Source of the DNA: Phoronis australis
Taxonomy: Eukaryota > Animalia > Phoronida
Length of the DNA: 64,000 nucleotides
NCBI GenBank assembly: GCA_002633005.1
Contig: NMRA01000032.1
Span: 159,044 to 223,043, forward strand
Direction of reading: 5' to 3'
In this document: positions 61,001 to 64,000 of the stretch, in pieces
Layout of the letters: every line of letters begins with the position of its first letter
Numbering within the stretch: the first letter of the stretch is position 1
Translations under genes and position numbers: made by a program
The notes under the pieces: model-generated
The model's database searches: none
Told to the model about the DNA's origin: nothing
What the model saw: the letters and a program-made list of their open reading frames with translations, nothing else

Positions 61001-61540
61001 GAATTTGATGTTTCATCTACTTTCTATGCTCTTCTTCAGGTGACGAGGCTGAAGGCCACGTGGTCATCTCTGCGCCAGAACTACACAAAGAGCGCGTTCA
61101 TGTTCGACTCGAAACTGAAGAACCTGATGAAGTCACTGAATGAAGGCAGTGGTAGTTTGCCCTTGCAGAATATAAGCATACCTTACGTTATACCACTTGT
61201 GCAGTTGATGGAGCGAACATCACCTGACGAGATCACCCACTGGGAGAAAAATGACGTCGATCTCGGCATAGACAATGTGTTGGCACATTTAGATATTGCG
61301 CGCATCGTTGCCGAGCAGTGCGGATTGTACAGGGTCAAAGGTCAAGAGATTGTTGACGGGTTCAGACCAGAGTCGCGCGTGTTAGACATTTTCCGCACAG
61401 AACTGCATCTGAAACTTCTCTGGGGGTCGAAAGGAGCAGGGGTGAACTGTAAGGATAGATACGATAAGTTTGTGCAGTTGTTGAATGTGTTGTCAGAGAA
61501 GGTTGAGCCAGTAAATATGAATATTGGGACAGAGTTGTGA
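45916..61540 (+). CDS. BCAR3: BCAR3/SH2D3C (NSP-family) adaptor, SAM + SH2 + Cdc25/RasGEF-like, ~881 aa
   Basis: Phase-consistent model: 45916-46014, 48065-48173, 49994-50027, 54511-54578, 54881-54944, 55433-56067, 57921-58031, 58718-59573, 60130-60298, 61040-61540. Motifs LEKEL...DIRSHAWFHGAISR, FLVRES, RTGSDP, PPENKPLE, SGLELITLPQGEQLRKDMLER, LGNLFAF, FRTELHLKLLWGSKGA. Confidence 0.93.
48065..48173 (+). CDS. BCAR3: BCAR3-like exon (SAM C-half)
   Basis: LLLYIKEVELRDLGVVNSAHRARMISSLSILRAKME; AAG/GTAAGG donor. Confidence 0.85.
48200..48380. repeat. Degenerate tandem repeat (gaattatgggaa)
   Basis: Motif recurs about six times. Confidence 0.6.
49994..50027 (+). CDS. BCAR3: BCAR3-like 34-nt exon
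   Basis: ttttgctttccag acceptor, AAG/GTAAGT donor; supplies the required phase 1 to 2 change. Confidence 0.75.
50235..50377. mobile_element. Short non-autonomous DNA transposon relic (Harbinger/hAT-like ends)
   Basis: caggggcggatccagg at the left end and an imperfect complement ccctctaaatctgccacg at the right. Confidence 0.55.
54511..54578 (+). CDS. BCAR3: BCAR3-like candidate cassette exon A
   Basis: 68 nt, phase 2-1, QTGGDCLWRFPLIRRNSLSEGT. Confidence 0.5.
54881..54944 (+). CDS. BCAR3: BCAR3-like candidate cassette exon B
   Basis: 64 nt, phase 1-2, (D)HPELHHVPTPDGLSRRFSVM. Confidence 0.55.
55433..56067 (+). CDS. BCAR3: BCAR3-like SH2 exon
   Basis: WFHG...GDFLVRESTSQPGDFVLT...LHFVI; ATG/GTAAGT donor. 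Confidence 0.95.
56150..56411 (-). mobile_element. tRNA-derived SINE
   Basis: Minus strand: A box TGGCTCAGTGG (56401-56391) and B-box-like GATTCAAATCC (56355-56345); no complete cloverleaf; 3' limit approximate. Confidence 0.6.
57921..58031 (+). CDS. BCAR3: BCAR3-like linker exon
   Basis: 111 nt, phase 1-1, ends LQLRT(G), joining SDPVL of the next exon. Confidence 0.8.
58718..59573 (+). CDS. BCAR3: BCAR3-like exon (Tyr/Pro-rich linker plus start of GEF-like domain)
   Basis: 856 nt overlapping ORF 58834-59577. Confidence 0.93.
59936..60053. repeat. Intronic inverted repeat, ~36-bp arms (MITE-like)
   Basis: aataccccagtcaagtaaacacatgagaacagtctgc ... gcagactgttcttatgtgttacttgactggagtatt. Confidence 0.8.
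60130..60298 (+). CDS. BCAR3: BCAR3-like GEF-like domain exon
   Basis: YNCLKMFVVTSLLTCNKVQDRSRLLQQWIEVATEMRSSLGNLFAFATIMDALGSSQ. Confidence 0.92.
61040..61540 (+). CDS. BCAR3: BCAR3-like last coding exon
   Basis: VTRLKATWSSLRQNYT...LLWGSKGA...SEKVEPVNMNIGTEL*; AATAAA candidates at 62261 and later. Confidence 0.93.
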   Translation: MTRLKATWSSLRQNYTKSAFMFDSKLKNLMKSLNEGSGSLPLQNISIPYVIPLVQLMERTSPDEITHWEKNDVDLGIDNVLAHLDIARIVAEQCGLYRVKGQEIVDGFRPESRVLDIFRTELHLKLLWGSKGAGVNCKDRYDKFVQLLNVLSEKVEPVNMNIGTEL

Positions 61541-63776
61541 TCCCTCTGCTCAGTTGAAATGCATAGTAAGCCAGGCAGTCAATACAGTGGAACTTCTTTT
61601 ACAACATACATACATATATGGACCTTAGAAGTCTGATGGTAATAACAGTAATTGGTGGTATTCAGGGTAGAGTTTCATACATTATGTAAACTTGGGATTT
61701 GGAAGTCTGTATGTTATATCGATGTAAACATATTCTAAACAGGGTCTGTGGGAACGAGATTTGACTGAATGAAGGTTAGGAGGAAGCTGTGATACCAGAC
61801 ACCAGGTGGCAGCTGGCTACTGCGATAGATGTCTGTGGCTGTCATACACTTGGTGTTGTTTTTAAAAGGTTTATGTTCATCAGTTGTCAAGGCTGGCAGA
61901 GTCTTTCATTTATGTGTTGGTGATAAATATTCCTCCCAGGAGGTTTTAACTATGGACTAACCTACAGTGTAATGCACTTGCATATCTAGGACATGGTTAT
62001 GGGGGCTTACACAATTTTCGTAAAAAGTTTGCATGAACGTAAAATACAACATGCTAACATTTATGTTTTAGTCATGATCATTGAGGGGCAGGTCCCCTGG
62101 TCCCTCTTAAACCTGGTTATGTAACCCATGCTGTTGTATGGACATTGTTAGTTGCTTTGATGTGTAAAAAATTTTTGTTTTCCTTGTTGGGTGAAAATAT
62201 CACTGATGAATCACACGCGGGAGCTTTGCGCATACACAAATTGGCAGGTGTATACTAGCCAATAAAATCCACAACATTTAATACAAAGTCTGTTGCCATA
62301 GCAGAATTCCCTGGCTGGTCATTGTGCATTAAAATTCGGAAGCTTTAGAAATTCGCCCTGTTTCTTCGCCTTTGCGCATTATCAATAGGTCTGTATAAGA
62401 GGGTTGATGTCATCAATTCTGCTGATCAGGAACACTGATCTAAAATGTTTTGCCTGGAGCTGGGTAACTATTGCATTATGATTACTATAAACTAATAAAG
62501 CTCTGGCTGAAATAAAGCGAAGGCAAAAAATGCAAGCGCGATGATTTGTCAATTTGTAGTTAACTGGACTAGAAATTTTGTGGAAATTCAGAGCGAATTC
62601 CACAGAGAAGAGGAGCGGATATAAAGTGTGCAATTATTGTGCAAAAAAATCCGTGTGGATAGAAAAACGATTGCTATCTTTCTGGAAAATTACCAAAAAT
62701 TCAGTTATAGGTAACAGGAGCAGTTTTTGATAAAAACGCCAAAACATAGTTTCATGTCCTCTTAATACGTTGCGTGTTCTACATGACTGAGAGGCCAACT
62801 TATGGCGGAGTGGCTGCTTCACATTTACAAAGGTCATGCACATGAAGACCAGTGCTTTGTACAGATCTGTTGCTGTTTATCGATATACCATGTTAATTTT
62901 GTTTTATTTAATGGTAATTAATAAATTTCACGCCCACCTGTGGGGTCTAAAATGTTTGTTCTCTTCAGTCTACCACTGTCCCATTTTGTCGTGACTGAAA
63001 CATCCACTGCCAAAGTTGTTATTAATTAGAATGAGGCTGCACCAAGACCCAGGAGTTTGTTGGTGATGATGATGACGATGACGACGATGTGAACCAGGGC
63101 GGGAGAGCTTTATTTTTTAGTGCAAGATCATTCTATAATTATGGCCGATGATGTCGGCCTCCTTTGCGGGGGTGTAGATTTTTAAAACGTGAGAATAGGT
63201 GAAAAATCGGATTAAAGATGCGAGGAAGACGTGCGTCGCTGCACGTATTATTCTCAGCATTGACACCTGAACCCAATTACCGACCAACCTGAGAATAGAC
63301 GTCGATACTACGCGGTTAATATATTCAGAAGTTTTCATACGATTCTTCAATTTGACAATGTTAATGGCCTCCAAACTGACCACGACTGGTGACAACTGTC
63401 TGAGCCCTGGCCAGGCTACAGTATGTAAAACTAAAACGCACCATTTATATGTATGGTAATCATCCAGCATCAATATTCAGTCCATCTGAACGACTGGAGA
63501 AATGTAACAATTCTCGTTTTCAGTCTTGTTACAATATACTTATCCGATATCGTAGAAAGCATGGTTTGTTTTATTCAGATAAGTAAAACGAAAATAAAGA
63601 AACGGATTAGAATCATAATTAAACGTGTTTGGTAACTTACGAATAAGATCTGTTGATTTTATTGCATTAACGTTAAGTTCAAAACAACTATTTTGCTTAT
63701 GCCATAACACAACTGCGTGTTTAGGAATAGGCGTAAGTCGTGAAAGGTTAAAAATTAATAAGCTTAAAACAGTTAC

Positions 63777-64000
63777 AGCCTAACTTCAACGGAATTTTGT
63801 TATTTTAGAGATAGTCCTGGCAAAGCCATAGTAAAATAAGAAAACGCGAGTTCAATCACGCAAATGTAAACCCGTCAAATGATAAATGAAGCTGCCTTTT
63901 CGTGCCATGTTGAGTCACCGTGAGATCCCAGCACAAACATCAAAAGGCCGATAACAGTTTTATTGAATAGAAGTCTGAATAGAATACCATTGCCTGCGGG
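63777..64000 (+). repeat. Dispersed repeat, copy 2 (runs off the window end)
   Basis: Aligns with 32003-32210 in the same orientation. Confidence 0.9.

Overview
Eukaryotic (animal) genomic DNA with GT-AG introns; gene and repeat content suggest a marine invertebrate, probably a lophotrochozoan (inference). Four genes could be reconstructed by hand from splice sites and reading phase. (1) The last coding exon of a kelch-repeat gene (+, 812-972). (2) A ~1370-aa hillarin/KY-family gene (-, 17318-4201) with an MGCxxS acylation motif, a catalytically dead transglutaminase-like domain, three KY-type Ig-like repeats, a ~320-aa coiled coil and a C-terminal domain resembling the dynein stalk microtubule-binding domain. 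(3) A p67phox/NCF2/NOXA1-like NADPH-oxidase activator (-, 34699-22174, ~483 aa) with TPRs, activation domain, Pro-rich linker and PB1 but no SH3 domain. (4) Head-to-head with it, a BCAR3/SH2D3C (NSP-family) gene (+, CDS 45916-61540, ~881 aa) with SAM, SH2 and Cdc25/RasGEF-like domains. Repeats include a full-length dead mariner, a decayed LINE interrupted by a 28-bp minisatellite, MITEs, a tRNA-derived SINE and a Helentron-like element carrying eight phased CTCF-like motifs. Most ORFs in the supplied track are antisense shadows or noise. All gene models are manual and lack transcript support.
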